Counted from the stretch's first letter, positions 29,281-39,728 are shown. The stretch is 64,000 nucleotides of DNA from an uncultured Anaerolineales bacterium (GCA_964481465.1 CAYZTL010000001.1:16743-80742); one strand, 5' to 3'. Notes: generated by a model not told the origin, from the sequence alone. Translations and numbers: made by a program.

Positions 29281-29750
29281 TCACGACCCAAGTTCTCGGA
29301 GAGCTATTTGCACAATATTTTCCACCAAATGGCTTGCTAATATCTCCCCTTTTTCAGGTGATGTGTAAGTTGCCTTGTAAAAAACACCTGATTTGGTCAT
29401 GATTTCGTCTGGCGGCGGAAAGATGCTGTATTTAGGTACTCGTTCAGGCTGGTCATCCACTATCTTGTCCTCTCGAACACGTTCCGGTGCAAAGTATTGC
29501 ATGAGTGCAGTCTCTGAAAGGGCAGCATGCTCCATCTCCCACCCCGGAAAACCGTATCAGAGAAAATCTCATCCAATACCATAGCCTGCAATTCCTCGTA
29601 AACCATCAACGCCAGGTTTTTTGGTATCACGACATCAACGTTCAATGGCAAATGAAGCCCATGTTGTTCTAGCGATCCCACTGGGAGAATAATAACTCTT
29701 CGACCAACTTCGTTCTGATATTCCTCCCAAGTCATATGTTCGATAAGCAT
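29281..29750 (-). pseudogene. Creatininase-family (creatinine amidohydrolase fold) gene remnant
   Basis: N-terminal ORF: RVIILPVGSLEQHGLHLPLNVD (family signature). C-terminal ORF: MEHAALSETALMQYFAPERVRED (HAGxxETS-like). The pieces are in different frames and total about 145 aa, versus the ~250 aa I expect for this family. Confidence 0.7.
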
Positions 29751-29852
29751 TTCGTAGTTTCCTATCTGAATGTTTAATAAACTTCAACTCAAAAATACAT
29801 AAACCAAGATCATAGATTTTGCATTCTGGAAACTACAACAAAGCTGAGGAGA

Positions 29853-31007
29853 TCAGAATCCCTCAACCTGATGAGGGAAGTAATCCTCGCAATCGCCTTC
29901 CCGGTACACATCCGCCGTGCAGCAGTGCAGCCCACCACCAAAAGGCGACACATCATAAAACGGGACAGGAACAACGTCAAACCCATACGAATCCAACAAC
30001 TCCATCACCGGTTTCTCGCTGGCCTCCACACAGACAGTGTCCGGACCCAGAGAGAGGGTGTTCATGTTCAACCACCAGCTGCAAAAATCATAGGGCTGCT
30101 TTTCCTCGAGTGTTGCCTCTGGCGCTTCCACTAGCTCCCAATCATTCTTCCTGAACCACTCAAATTCTCTCTCATCAAGCGGAGGCCGCGTGGGATTGAT
30201 CAGTGCAAATCCCGGCCGCAGGGGTACGAGCGTTGAGTCCAAATGCCACGGCAGCAGTTCCCTGCGCCCCACCTTGTGGATGCGGTGGTTAGCAAAATGG
30301 CGGCGCAGCCAGTCAATCCCGGCATCATTCGTCACCATCGACTTCTGGACAATCAGGTCTTTCCCAAAACGGACAACATCTGCCGCATCAAATAAGGGCT
30401 CTTTCTCGGTGAGTATCCAGTCGCCCCGCTCCGCACGCTCAAACTTCTCCTCCTCTGTCATCGCATGCCATTCTTCCCACCAGTTTTCCTTATACGACTC
30501 TTCCGTCAATCGCGGCTTGGGCGCCGCTTCAAAGCGAAAATTCGGATCCTCCTTGAAGTATTGCTCAAACAAAGGACGATAACATATAAATTCAAACCAG
30601 CGGCTGCGGTAGGACATCGTGGCTTCTAGAATCTCATTGCCAACCGTGAGTAAGATGTCCCGCACAGGCGCACAGCCAAACATCGTTTCTTGCTCCCAGT
30701 CAGGCGTTGCTACTTTCTGGCTGAAATCAATCGGAGTAGGTCGGTCCACGCGAATACCCCGATCTTCAAGGAGTTTGGCGAAATTATCCAACTGTTCGTT
30801 CGCCCTGTCTACCATCTCCTGAGGGTAAGGACCATACTCCCCTAACGGGAAGCCGTCCTCCGGATAATCCCGCTGAATGGCAATTTCCGGCGCCTGGATC
30901 ATCGTCCCGTCCGCGCGCCCCACAATCACATGCTTCAAGGGATCCCATTCGTTCCAGGAACTCACTTTCGTCTTTCTGGATTCTTCTTGTCCCATATTCA
31001 TCCTCAC
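29853..31007 (-). CDS. Amidinotransferase, AGAT/GATM-like, copy 2 (protein identical to copy 1)
   Basis: Identical 384-aa translation. The last codon and stop differ (TTC TGA here, TTT TAG in copy 1). Confidence 0.85.
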   Translation of the reverse strand: MRMNMGQEESRKTKVSSWNEWDPLKHVIVGRADGTMIQAPEIAIQRDYPEDGFPLGEYGPYPQEMVDRANEQLDNFAKLLEDRGIRVDRPTPIDFSQKVATPDWEQETMFGCAPVRDILLTVGNEILEATMSYRSRWFEFICYRPLFEQYFKEDPNFRFEAAPKPRLTEESYKENWWEEWHAMTEEEKFERAERGDWILTEKEPLFDAADVVRFGKDLIVQKSMVTNDAGIDWLRRHFANHRIHKVGRRELLPWHLDSTLVPLRPGFALINPTRPPLDEREFEWFRKNDWELVEAPEATLEEKQPYDFCSWWLNMNTLSLGPDTVCVEASEKPVMELLDSYGFDVVPVPFYDVSPFGGGLHCCTADVYREGDCEDYFPHQVEGF

Positions 31008-31078
31008 TTATATATATAGCTGATCCTTCTCCACTTTAACGCTTGTCCGCAAAGGGTGGGTCCGATTCTTCTACCGGC

Positions 31079-31113
31079 AATAAAAATACCTGAGTACATG
31101 TATCTGCTCAGGT
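31079..31113 (-). terminator. Terminator-like hairpin inside the AGAT leader, copy 2
   Basis: Identical to 14749-14783. Confidence 0.35.
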
Positions 31114-31294
31114 AAAAAGTTCAAACACATCCGTTGTTTTGGGCGGATATGGGGTTCCCCAAATATTCGGCTGATCGTCGTGGGATTTGGTACAATCAAT
31201 CATAATCTGAGGGTGTTGCGAACAATGAATGTTATCCTTGCTTGTTCGGTAACGATAATACAGAATAGCAAATAAAGCGGGTAAATCGCCTCGT

Positions 31295-31335
31295 AACCAT
31301 TTATACTGCGGAATATTTGCTATTTCAACGTGATT
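31295..31335 (-). promoter_or_regulatory. Conserved promoter/operator core, copy C (drives AGAT copy 2; back-to-back with lrp paralog 2)
   Basis: On the minus strand: -35 TTGAAA (31328-31323), 17-nt spacer, -10 TATAAA (31305-31300). Confidence 0.6.
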
Positions 31336-31658
31336 AATGTAATAAAATTCGCAGATTTATGTTATTCTCATGATTAATGGGTGCATGTCTCGTCAGTTTG
31401 GATTGCCCGGGACTCTCGTCCGGACACACCTGTTTTACCTGCGCCGTTCACTAAACCCCGCCAGTAAGACATCTCCAGCGTCCCGTCTGTGCTGATATAC
31501 TTATTTGCGGGTGACTGTTGGTTTGGTCAACCTCTAACGCGATTGGATGACCTAAGACTGAGAGTATTCCGGGTTATTCACATATCTAGTGTATATAACA
31601 AACGTATCTACAAAGTAGTCTTGTTCTTCATACGCTCTTAGATCATAAAGGATGAAAA

Positions 31659-32150
31659 ATGCGGCCATTAGATGAGCTCGATCTCGCTATCCTTGCTGAA
31701 CTGGAAAACAATGCCAGAATCATGGTCACTGAACTGGCAAGGCGACTCGACAGCCCCACTTCCACGATCCGCGATCGTATTCAAAGGTTAGAAGAAGATG
31801 GAGTGATCAGCGGATACACCGCCATCATCAATCCTGAAAAACTCGGCCTGGGCATCAAGGCGGTCATTAAGGCCAAGCGGGCGGAAAATATCTCGCTGGA
31901 GAACTCTCTTTTCGAACCCTCAAGATTGCTTGCGGTTACAAAGGTGCAGGCCTTGACCGGGGACACGGATGAACTCATCACCGTTTATGCCCGCGATGTG
32001 GAGGATCTAAAGGATCTCATCTACAATAGAATAGGGTCGCTTCCAGGACTGTCCTGGTTGAGCACTGGCATCGTATTGGACGAAATCAGCTCACCGCTGA
32101 CCCGCCGCTTCCTTTCCGAGACGAATAATGATGAGCCAGAAAGCTCGTAA
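31659..32150 (+). CDS. Lrp/AsnC family transcriptional regulator (paralog 2)
   Basis: 163 aa. By manual alignment it differs from paralog 1 at about 11 of the first 150 residues and has a divergent acidic tail. AAAGGA SD. Confidence 0.9.
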   Translation: MRPLDELDLAILAELENNARIMVTELARRLDSPTSTIRDRIQRLEEDGVISGYTAIINPEKLGLGIKAVIKAKRAENISLENSLFEPSRLLAVTKVQALTGDTDELITVYARDVEDLKDLIYNRIGSLPGLSWLSTGIVLDEISSPLTRRFLSETNNDEPESS

Positions 32151-32356
32151 GGGGTCTGTTCGGCGAGATCATAGGCAATAGTATTGCGTCAGTTCTTTTT
32201 GCCCCAACCAATTCATTTTGATGTGGCCTAAAATTAACCGTTCACGTTGATCTTCAAGATTCAGTGCTGAAGCACAAAGGGACTTGTGAAGATAAACAGC
32301 TCGGACAGTTAAAAAGCCTTTTGAGAAAGCTGCTATGGGCAATCTCTCTTTTAGAT

Positions 32357-32989
32357 TTATGAGGTAGGTTCTGCAGACCGGTGATGGGGATTGACATCAA
32401 GAAGTTTAAATCCAAATTGAACCGCGGGCCCGATCAACAAAGAAAATACCATAGTCCCGACACCAACGGGGCCGCCGAATATCCACCCTACCATCAGAAT
32501 CAGCGTTTCGAGCATGGCCCTTGAAAGCCGTACACTCCACCCTAAGCTGCGGTGAATGGCCAACATCAAGCTATCCCCAGGACCTGCTCCTGCATCCACG
32601 CTGATGTAAATTGCACTAGCTAGCCCCACCAGAGCAATCGATCCCAGTAACATCAGTACCCTTAAATGAAGTTGTTCCTCAACAGAAGGGATAATTTGAA
32701 GAAAGAAGTCCGTCCATGGACCAATAAAGAGCATATTACCCACTGTCCCCCAACCCACTTCTTCCCCCAAGAGTATGGCAGCGACCAAGGCAACCAATCC
32801 TGAGAAAATGATCATCGTCCCAGGTGACAAACCGGTTATATCCGCCAAAGCCACAGCGAGCACTTCCCAAGAACCCGTTCCCAATTTAGCTTGGATAATA
32901 AGAGCAATTCCACTGCCAAATAAGAAAAACCCTCCTTGTGCAATCATAAAATTTTTTGGAAAAGTATTCCAGTCTATCGATTTGAACAT
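32357..32989 (-). CDS. YczE/YitT-like integral membrane protein
   Basis: GGFFLFGSGIALIIQAKLGTGSWEVLAVAL pattern resembles B. subtilis YczE. Start taken at MFKSIDW (32989). Confidence 0.7.
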   Translation of the reverse strand: MFKSIDWNTFPKNFMIAQGGFFLFGSGIALIIQAKLGTGSWEVLAVALADITGLSPGTMIIFSGLVALVAAILLGEEVGWGTVGNMLFIGPWTDFFLQIIPSVEEQLHLRVLMLLGSIALVGLASAIYISVDAGAGPGDSLMLAIHRSLGWSVRLSRAMLETLILMVGWIFGGPVGVGTMVFSLLIGPAVQFGFKLLDVNPHHRSAEPTS

Positions 32990-33225
32990 GGTCCGTATAA
33001 TATCACAATCACAGGGAGGAAAATACATTTACAAAGAGAATCTCCCTTTGAATCTACCCATAATCATTCAGCGGAAAAATCCATACAGTCGATCACATGT
33101 TGCTTATCTTCTCGCCACTCTGATTTGTTCCACATATAGACATAAGAGGTCGTAGAAAGAAAGATGAGCCGAATCCTCCCCGGGATTTACCCAGTTTTCT
33201 TTCAGTTAGCTTATGTCTAAGTCAG

Positions 33226-33534
33226 CTACGCATTTTCTTTGTAAGCATTTCTTTTCTGAATAGATAATTTATTTTTGAAAGCGCTGCTAACAATCCCAAT
33301 AATTAAGCCTAAAATCACAATAATTGGGCCTATCTTCTCTAAGAAGAATTCCATCACCGGGGCCCCATTTATCCTTGGTAGATAAATTGATAGTCCTGAT
33401 ATGATTAATATTCCCGTTAAAAACAATGCGGCCCCAAAGGCTTGTCCCATCTGTGTAATTTTCAGTTGATGTTCAATTTTCTTATTTCGTTTGGTCAAAT
33501 GAGGACCCTTCTTTTGAATTTGACTTTTCTTCAT
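33226..33534 (-). CDS. Hypothetical small membrane protein (2 TM)
   Basis: 102 aa with a basic N-terminus and two hydrophobic helices. AT-rich context and weak SD. Confidence 0.4.
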   Translation of the reverse strand: MKKSQIQKKGPHLTKRNKKIEHQLKITQMGQAFGAALFLTGILIISGLSIYLPRINGAPVMEFFLEKIGPIIVILGLIIGIVSSAFKNKLSIQKRNAYKENA

Positions 33535-33798
33535 ATTTTAGCGATCTCTTTCCGATTGTAATAATTTCGCGCATTAGATATGTGTTCGAAATATGAGCGA
33601 TCCATCTTGACTGTTCATTGGTATTGTAACCGACAAAAAGGAATACATTCTACAGCTAGCACCAGTTCTAGAATCCATAAATTACTCGGTTCCCTAATCC
33701 AATCTATGATATATACTGATCAGTATATATCCATAAACATGGCCTATAGGATATTGTGCTTTATAATTTTCATATATAGTTGAATACTCAAACTTCCC

Positions 33799-34328
33799 CT
33801 AACTTCCTATATTAAAAACATATCCCTTTCCCCTGATATTTCTCACCCAGTTTCTATCTTTAGAAAAGGCATCCAGTTTTTTACGCAGCCTGCTGATCAT
33901 GGGTCGCAGGATTTCGGGCACCCTGCCCTCTTCCACCCCCTTTCCCTTTACTTCAACAATGAGTTCCTGGTGTGTCAGTACCCGGCCACGGTTCTCAAGG
34001 AAGGTGCTCAGGAGTCCTTCCCTCTCATATGGCTTGAGTAAGTAATCCACTGCCCCACTCCGTACAGCGGCTACCACTGACTCAAATGATCGCTCTTCGT
34101 CAGAATAACTAGCTGTGTTTGTGGATATCTGAGACCCACCTGGGCTATCACCTCCACCCCACTCATGTCGGGAAGATTGAGCTCCAGGATAATCAGTTTG
34201 TTATCTTGGAAATGCTGGTCTCAAGCATGCTGCAGCGCTGAAAGGGCGTAGGGGTCCGCGTCCGCAACTTACGTGACCCCATCTATGAGCATGATGTACT
34301 TTTTTTCTCCCAGTAAAGAAGCCACCGT
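33799..34328 (-). pseudogene. OmpR-type response regulator, multiply frameshifted
   Basis: Intact winged-helix C-terminus (RVLTHQELIVEV...ISRLRKKL...IRGKGYVF). Receiver fragments lie in three frames: KKYIMLIDGVT*, NKLIILELNLPDMSGVEVIAQV...LVILT, and VVAAVRSGAVDYLLKP. Confidence 0.7.
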
Positions 34329-34514
34329 TTCCCTTAATTCTCTCCAGCCGCTAAAGGTTGGCGCCTATGGTTCCTCCACGTGAGAAGTTTTGCATACAGC
34401 CGCCTTCGCTGTAACGCCGCTGTTGTTTTTTCCGCCGCCCAGTACGTGCATGGTACCCCACTTTGTTCCGCCCACCTACGAATCAGCGACGTCTGTAAAT
34501 GAGGATGGAAACGT

Positions 34515-37500
34515 TTAGAAACCCTCCAGGCGGGACATATCCACCACCCCATCAGCGAGCGCGGCGATGCGCTGCAGCAAACCCAGCCGGTTTTGACGCA
34601 GTTCCTCCTCTTCCGCCATCACCAGCACCTCGTCGAAAAAGCGCGTGATCTCCGGGATGAGGGGTAAAAAAGCCTGGAGGAAGGCGTCCACATCCCCCAC
34701 TGGCCTTTGCGCATCCTCCGCTTCGCGGAGCGCTCGATATAAATCCCGCTCTTCCTCCTCAACGAAGGCCTCAGGATCAACGCTGAATCGTTCCTGCAGA
34801 TCCCGCGTGATGCGCACACAGCGGGCATAGCTGTCCAAAATATGATCCCAATCCTCCCGCTCCACCCATTCGCTTAATGCCTTCACGGCCCGAGACGCGC
34901 CGGCCGGGTTTTCCCCCTGCGCGGCGACCACGGCGTCCACTACATCGAAGGCATATCCCTCATCCCGCAGGGCGTTATGCAGCCGGTCCTTGATAAAGGC
35001 CAGACAATCAACCTTCGCTTCTTCGGAAATGGCGAGGGGGAGGTTCTGGGCTGCGGCCTCAATACCTTCTTTGAGATCAAAATCCAGATCCCAAACAATT
35101 AGATTCCCCACCAGCCCCAGCGCTGCTCTCCGCTGACCAAAGGGGTCTTTGCTGCCCGTGGGGACCACGCCGGCGGCAAACAACCCCACCAGGGTATCCA
35201 AACGGTCGGCGATGCTGAGGACCAGTCCCGGCTTCGTGGAGGGAGCCGGGTCGCCCGCGGAACGGGGCAAATAATGTTCCCGGATCGCCGTCGCCACCGC
35301 TTCCGTCTCGCCCGAATGGAGGGCATAATAATACCCCATCACACCCTGCAGCGACGTCATTTCCACCACCATCTGGGTGGCCAGGTCCGCTTTGCACAGC
35401 TCCGCTGCCCGGCGAGCGCTCTCCCGTTCGGCCCTGGTAAGCCCCATCTCCTCCGCCAGATCATCGACCAGGCTGCGGACCCGGTTCGTTTTCCCCCTCA
35501 TGGACCCCAGATCCTCTTGAAAGGTGAGAAGCTCAAGGCTTGGGACATACTCCTCCAGGTTTTTTTCCATGTCCGCCCGGACGAAATACTCAGCATCAGA
35601 AAAGCGGGCGATGATCACATCCTCGTTCCCTTGGGTGACGAATTGATATTTTTCCCTCGCCCCTTTGTGAGGGGGTTTATTGGCCACGGTGATGAAATAA
35701 GGGATCAATTCCCCATCCTTTTCGACCGGGAAATAGCGTTGGTGCTCCTTCATCACCGAAATCAAAACCTCGCGGGGAAGGTCCAAATACTGAGGGTCGA
35801 ACTCACCCCGCAGCGCCAAGGGCGCCTCCACCAAATGGGTGACCTCGGTGAGCAGTTCCGGATCGGAGGGGATTTCGCCGTCCACATCGGCGACCAAGGC
35901 CTGAATCTGGCTCATGATAGCGTCATTTCGCTTCTCTTGGTCAAGGATGATGCCTTGATCTTCCAAGACCTGGAAATATTCGGACGGGGATTGAACCAAT
36001 ATCCGCTTGGGGTCCAGGAAACGCAAGCCCCAGGTATATGGCTGGGAATCCACCCCTGCATAGGAGAAAGGCAAGAGGAGGTGGTCATGATAGGCGAGTA
36101 GCCAACGGATGGGACGGGAAAAGGAAACCTGGCTTTCATTCCAGCGCATGGTGAGTTCAAACCCGATCTCCGCGATCAGATCCGGCAGCGCTTCTGCCAG
36201 CACCTTCACAGCCGGACGACCCTGCTTTCGCTCCACGGCGACCACATATTTCCCTCCATCCATCTCCCGGACTTCCAGATCATCCACAGTGACCCCTTTT
36301 GAACGGGCAAATCCCTCTGCAGCCTGGGTGGGATACCCATCCTCATCATAGGCCCGGTCCGCGGGAGGCCCCTTGACCAATTGTTCCAGATCCGTTTGCC
36401 GGGGAGCGAGATCTTCGACGGTGACGACCAGGCGGCGAGGGGTAGCCATCACCTGGATCTCACCGTGCGGCAACCTCCGCTCGTCCAAATAGGCAGGGAC
36501 AAGTTGTTCAAGCTGCCCCAGAGCATGGACAACGTCGCCGGGAGGGAGTTCCTCCGTCCCAATCTCCAATAAGAAGGGGGCTTCTTCCTGAGGCGCGTTC
36601 TCCACAGAGAAGGCGCTTTCCCGTCTCTCCCCTTCCCCTTCCGCTTCCCTCTCCTCCAGCCAGGGGAATTCCAGGGCCATTCGTTTTTCAATATACGCTT
36701 GGGCTACCTTCCTGGATAAATCACGCATGCGGTTGAAAAGCCCCTGCCGCTCTGTAACTCCCACCGCACCCCGCGTATCCAGCAAATTGAAGGTATGGGA
36801 ACATTTCAGGACATAATCATGGGCGGGAAGGACTTGATTTTCCCGCAGACAACGTTTGGCTTCCGCTTCGTACCTGTCGTAAAGCTCTCGCAGTCGGTCC
36901 ACATCCGCGAGCTCGAAGGCGTATTTACTGAATTCGCGCTCGCTCTGCAGTTGTATCCCGCCGTAAGAATGATCCTCATTCCAACGGATGTCCCGGAAAT
37001 CTCGCACATGCTGCAAGGCCATGGCGATCCGTTCCAACCCATAAGTCAATTCCACAGAAATCGGATCGAGGTCCTGTCCGCCGGATTGTTGAAAATAGGT
37101 AAATTGGGTGATTTCCAAACCGTTTAACCACACCTCCCACCCTAAGCCCCAGGCACCCAATACAGGCGATTTCCAGTTGTCCTCCACAAAGCGGACATCG
37201 TGGATGCCTAGATCAATGCCCAGGGCTTCCAGAGAATTCAAGTACATCTCCTGGGGGTTTCCGGGATCAGGCTTGAGGATGACTTGATATTGGATGTGCT
37301 GGTAAAAACGGTTGGGGTTTTCCCCGTAGCGGCCATCATCGGGCCGGATGGAGGGCTCCACATACCCCACCCGCCATGGTTCAGGACCCAGCACGCGGAG
37401 AGATGTGGCAGGGTTCATCGTTCCTGCACCGACTTCTGTGTGATAGGGCTGCCAGATCAAACACCCCCGTTCAGACCAAAACTTCTCAAGCGTCATGATG

Positions 37501-37529
37501 ATGGATTGAAAATCAAGCGCTTTACTCAT
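34515..37529 (-). CDS. glyQS: Glycine--tRNA ligase, fused alpha and beta subunits
   Basis: GlyQ hallmark [17 protein letters not shown]...[15 protein letters not shown]...[13 protein letters not shown], an acidic linker, then the GlyS start [11 protein letters not shown]. Start at MSKALDF (37529), preceded by GGAGGG; the track ORF extends to 37631. Confidence 0.93.
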   Translation of the reverse strand: MSKALDFQSIIMTLEKFWSERGCLIWQPYHTEVGAGTMNPATSLRVLGPEPWRVGYVEPSIRPDDGRYGENPNRFYQHIQYQVILKPDPGNPQEMYLNSLEALGIDLGIHDVRFVEDNWKSPVLGAWGLGWEVWLNGLEITQFTYFQQSGGQDLDPISVELTYGLERIAMALQHVRDFRDIRWNEDHSYGGIQLQSEREFSKYAFELADVDRLRELYDRYEAEAKRCLRENQVLPAHDYVLKCSHTFNLLDTRGAVGVTERQGLFNRMRDLSRKVAQAYIEKRMALEFPWLEEREAEGEGERRESAFSVENAPQEEAPFLLEIGTEELPPGDVVHALGQLEQLVPAYLDERRLPHGEIQVMATPRRLVVTVEDLAPRQTDLEQLVKGPPADRAYDEDGYPTQAAEGFARSKGVTVDDLEVREMDGGKYVVAVERKQGRPAVKVLAEALPDLIAEIGFELTMRWNESQVSFSRPIRWLLAYHDHLLLPFSYAGVDSQPYTWGLRFLDPKRILVQSPSEYFQVLEDQGIILDQEKRNDAIMSQIQALVADVDGEIPSDPELLTEVTHLVEAPLALRGEFDPQYLDLPREVLISVMKEHQRYFPVEKDGELIPYFITVANKPPHKGAREKYQFVTQGNEDVIIARFSDAEYFVRADMEKNLEEYVPSLELLTFQEDLGSMRGKTNRVRSLVDDLAEEMGLTRAERESARRAAELCKADLATQMVVEMTSLQGVMGYYYALHSGETEAVATAIREHYLPRSAGDPAPSTKPGLVLSIADRLDTLVGLFAAGVVPTGSKDPFGQRRAALGLVGNLIVWDLDFDLKEGIEAAAQNLPLAISEEAKVDCLAFIKDRLHNALRDEGYAFDVVDAVVAAQGENPAGASRAVKALSEWVEREDWDHILDSYARCVRITRDLQERFSVDPEAFVEEEERDLYRALREAEDAQRPVGDVDAFLQAFLPLIPEITRFFDEVLVMAEEEELRQNRLGLLQRIAALADGVVDMSRLEGF

Positions 37530-37900
37530 AACCCTCCCCAAACATTCCCGACACTGATTGATCCCACTCCCACAAAGATATGGACGGGTGTCCCATCCAG
37601 CCCCTAATCCCCGGGATCCTGATTCCTTCAATGGGATGGATTCGGTCGTCTACGTTGAAAAATTATATCACGGGCTTTTTCAACTCCGGACATTGAAATC
37701 CTTGATCCCCCTCCTTAGAATTTGCCCTGTATTGGGGAGGTCAATTAGGAAAGCGTCCCAGAGGGGCAAGGTAGATGAATCAAACAAATGACAGGGCGAA
37801 TGTGTGATTTCCAACCTGTTAAAAGAGAAAAAATTGATGTATAATCGCATCGACTCGGAAGCCACCCGCCTAAAACTATCCTACAAAAAGAGAGTGATTT

Positions 37901-39676
37901 ATGACCAACACCTTTAACCAAAAACGATGGAGCCTTGAAGACCTTTTTCCAGGACACGACACCCCGGAATTTAAGCAAGCGCTGGAGGACCTCAAGTCCG
38001 ACGTGGAAGCATTCCAGAAATACCGGGATGAACTGGAGGATGACATCTCTCGGGATACCTTCTTTGAGATCGTGAAAGCCCTGGAAGGGTTAACGGAAAA
38101 AGCCCAACGGATCTCCTCCTACGCCTTTTTATGGTTCACGGAAGACACCCAAAACCAGGCTGCCCAGGCGCTGCGGGCACAAATCGAGCAACTCATGGCC
38201 GATATGCACAACAAGACCCTGTTCTTTGAGTTGTGGTGGAAAAAGCTCGACCAGAAAAACGCGGATCGCTTGCAAAAGGATTCCGGTGATTACCACTACT
38301 GGTTGGAAGAGATGCGCCACTTCACGCCCTACACCCTTTCAGAACCTGAAGAGAAAGTGATCAATATCAAGGATGTGACCGGCTTCAACGCCCTGGTCAC
38401 GCTCTACGACTCGCTCACCAACCGCTACACTTTCACCCTCGAAGTGGACGGGGAGGAGAAGGAACTTACGCGGGGAGAATTGATGGTTTACGTCCGCCAC
38501 CATGATCCCAACCTGCGCGCAACGGCCTACCAGGAGCTTTACAGGGTTTACGGGGAAGACGGCCCCATCCTGGGACAGATTTACCAGACCATCGCCCGCG
38601 ATTGGCGAAATGAAAATGTGGACCTGCGCAACTACGACAGTCCTATTTCGGTGCGCAACTTGAGAAACGATGTCCCCGATGAAGCAGTGGACACCTTGCT
38701 CGACGTCTGCGAAGCGAATGCCTCCCTATTTCAGCGCTTCTTCAAGTTGAAAGCGAAATGGCTGGATATGGATCGCATCCGCCGCTACGATGTCTACGCG
38801 CCGGTCGCCAAATCGGACAAGACCTACGAGTTTGATGAGGCTGTGGTGATGATCCTGGAATCCTTTGACGACTTTGAGCCCCGGATCGCTGAACTGGCCC
38901 AACAGGTGCTGGAAGAAGATCACGTGGACAGCGAGGTCCGCAAAGGCAAACAGAGCGGCGCCTTTTGCGCCTCGGTGACCCCGGACCTTTCCCCCTGGGT
39001 GAAGCTCAACTACCAGGGGCGGGCAGATGATGTGGCCACCATGGCCCACGAGTTGGGACACGCCATCCACGCCATGCTGGCCTCCGACCACAACGTGTTC
39101 ACCTTCCACTCCAAACTGCCCTTGGCGGAAAACGCCTCCACATTTGGTGAGATGCTGCTGATCGATCGGCTCCTGAAGGAGGAGGAAGATCCCGCTGTGC
39201 GACGGGATATCCTCTTCCGCCAGATGGATGACGCCTACGCGACCATCATCCGCCAATCTTTCTTCGCCCTCTTTGAACGCGACGCGCACGAGATGATCAA
39301 AGAAGGCGCCATGGTGGATGAGATCGCCGATGCGTACATGGTAAACCTGGAAACACAGTTTGGGGATTCTCTGACCCTCAGCGAGGAATTCCGCTGGGAA
39401 TGGGTCTCCATCCCCCACTTCTACCACTATCCTTTCTACGTCTATGCCTACGCTTTTGGCCAGCTTCTGGTGTTTTCCCTCTACCAGCGCTACCAAGAAG
39501 AAGGGGAAAGCTTCAAACCGGGTTATTTGAAGATCCTAGAAGCGGGCGGCTCCCAGGCGCCCGTGGAAATCCTTGCCGAGGCGGATATCGACATCACAGA
39601 TGCCGATTTCTGGCAGGGTGGCTTCGACGTCCTCGAGCGCATGGTCAGTGAACTCGAAGCGCTGCCCATTGAGTAA
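37901..39676 (+). CDS. pepF: Oligoendopeptidase F, M3B family
   Basis: HELGHAIH zinc motif; 591 aa; PepF-type N-terminus WSLEDLFPG. Confidence 0.9.
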   Translation: MTNTFNQKRWSLEDLFPGHDTPEFKQALEDLKSDVEAFQKYRDELEDDISRDTFFEIVKALEGLTEKAQRISSYAFLWFTEDTQNQAAQALRAQIEQLMADMHNKTLFFELWWKKLDQKNADRLQKDSGDYHYWLEEMRHFTPYTLSEPEEKVINIKDVTGFNALVTLYDSLTNRYTFTLEVDGEEKELTRGELMVYVRHHDPNLRATAYQELYRVYGEDGPILGQIYQTIARDWRNENVDLRNYDSPISVRNLRNDVPDEAVDTLLDVCEANASLFQRFFKLKAKWLDMDRIRRYDVYAPVAKSDKTYEFDEAVVMILESFDDFEPRIAELAQQVLEEDHVDSEVRKGKQSGAFCASVTPDLSPWVKLNYQGRADDVATMAHELGHAIHAMLASDHNVFTFHSKLPLAENASTFGEMLLIDRLLKEEEDPAVRRDILFRQMDDAYATIIRQSFFALFERDAHEMIKEGAMVDEIADAYMVNLETQFGDSLTLSEEFRWEWVSIPHFYHYPFYVYAYAFGQLLVFSLYQRYQEEGESFKPGYLKILEAGGSQAPVEILAEADIDITDADFWQGGFDVLERMVSELEALPIE

Positions 39677-39697
39677 GCACACGTTTAGGACCTGAAA

Positions 39698-39728
39698 AGG
39701 GGCTGTCCCACATTGACAGCCCCTTTTT
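39698..39728 (+). terminator. Rho-independent terminator after pepF (A-run upstream makes it potentially bidirectional)
   Basis: 10-bp stem AGGGGCTGTC/GACAGCCCCT, 7-nt loop, TTTTT. Confidence 0.7.

Larger units (their letters stand above)
29857..31370. repeat. Direct repeat copy 2 (AGAT-like CDS + leader + promoter), 1,514 bp
   Basis: See copy 1. Flanks on both sides are unrelated to those of copy 1. Confidence 0.95.
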
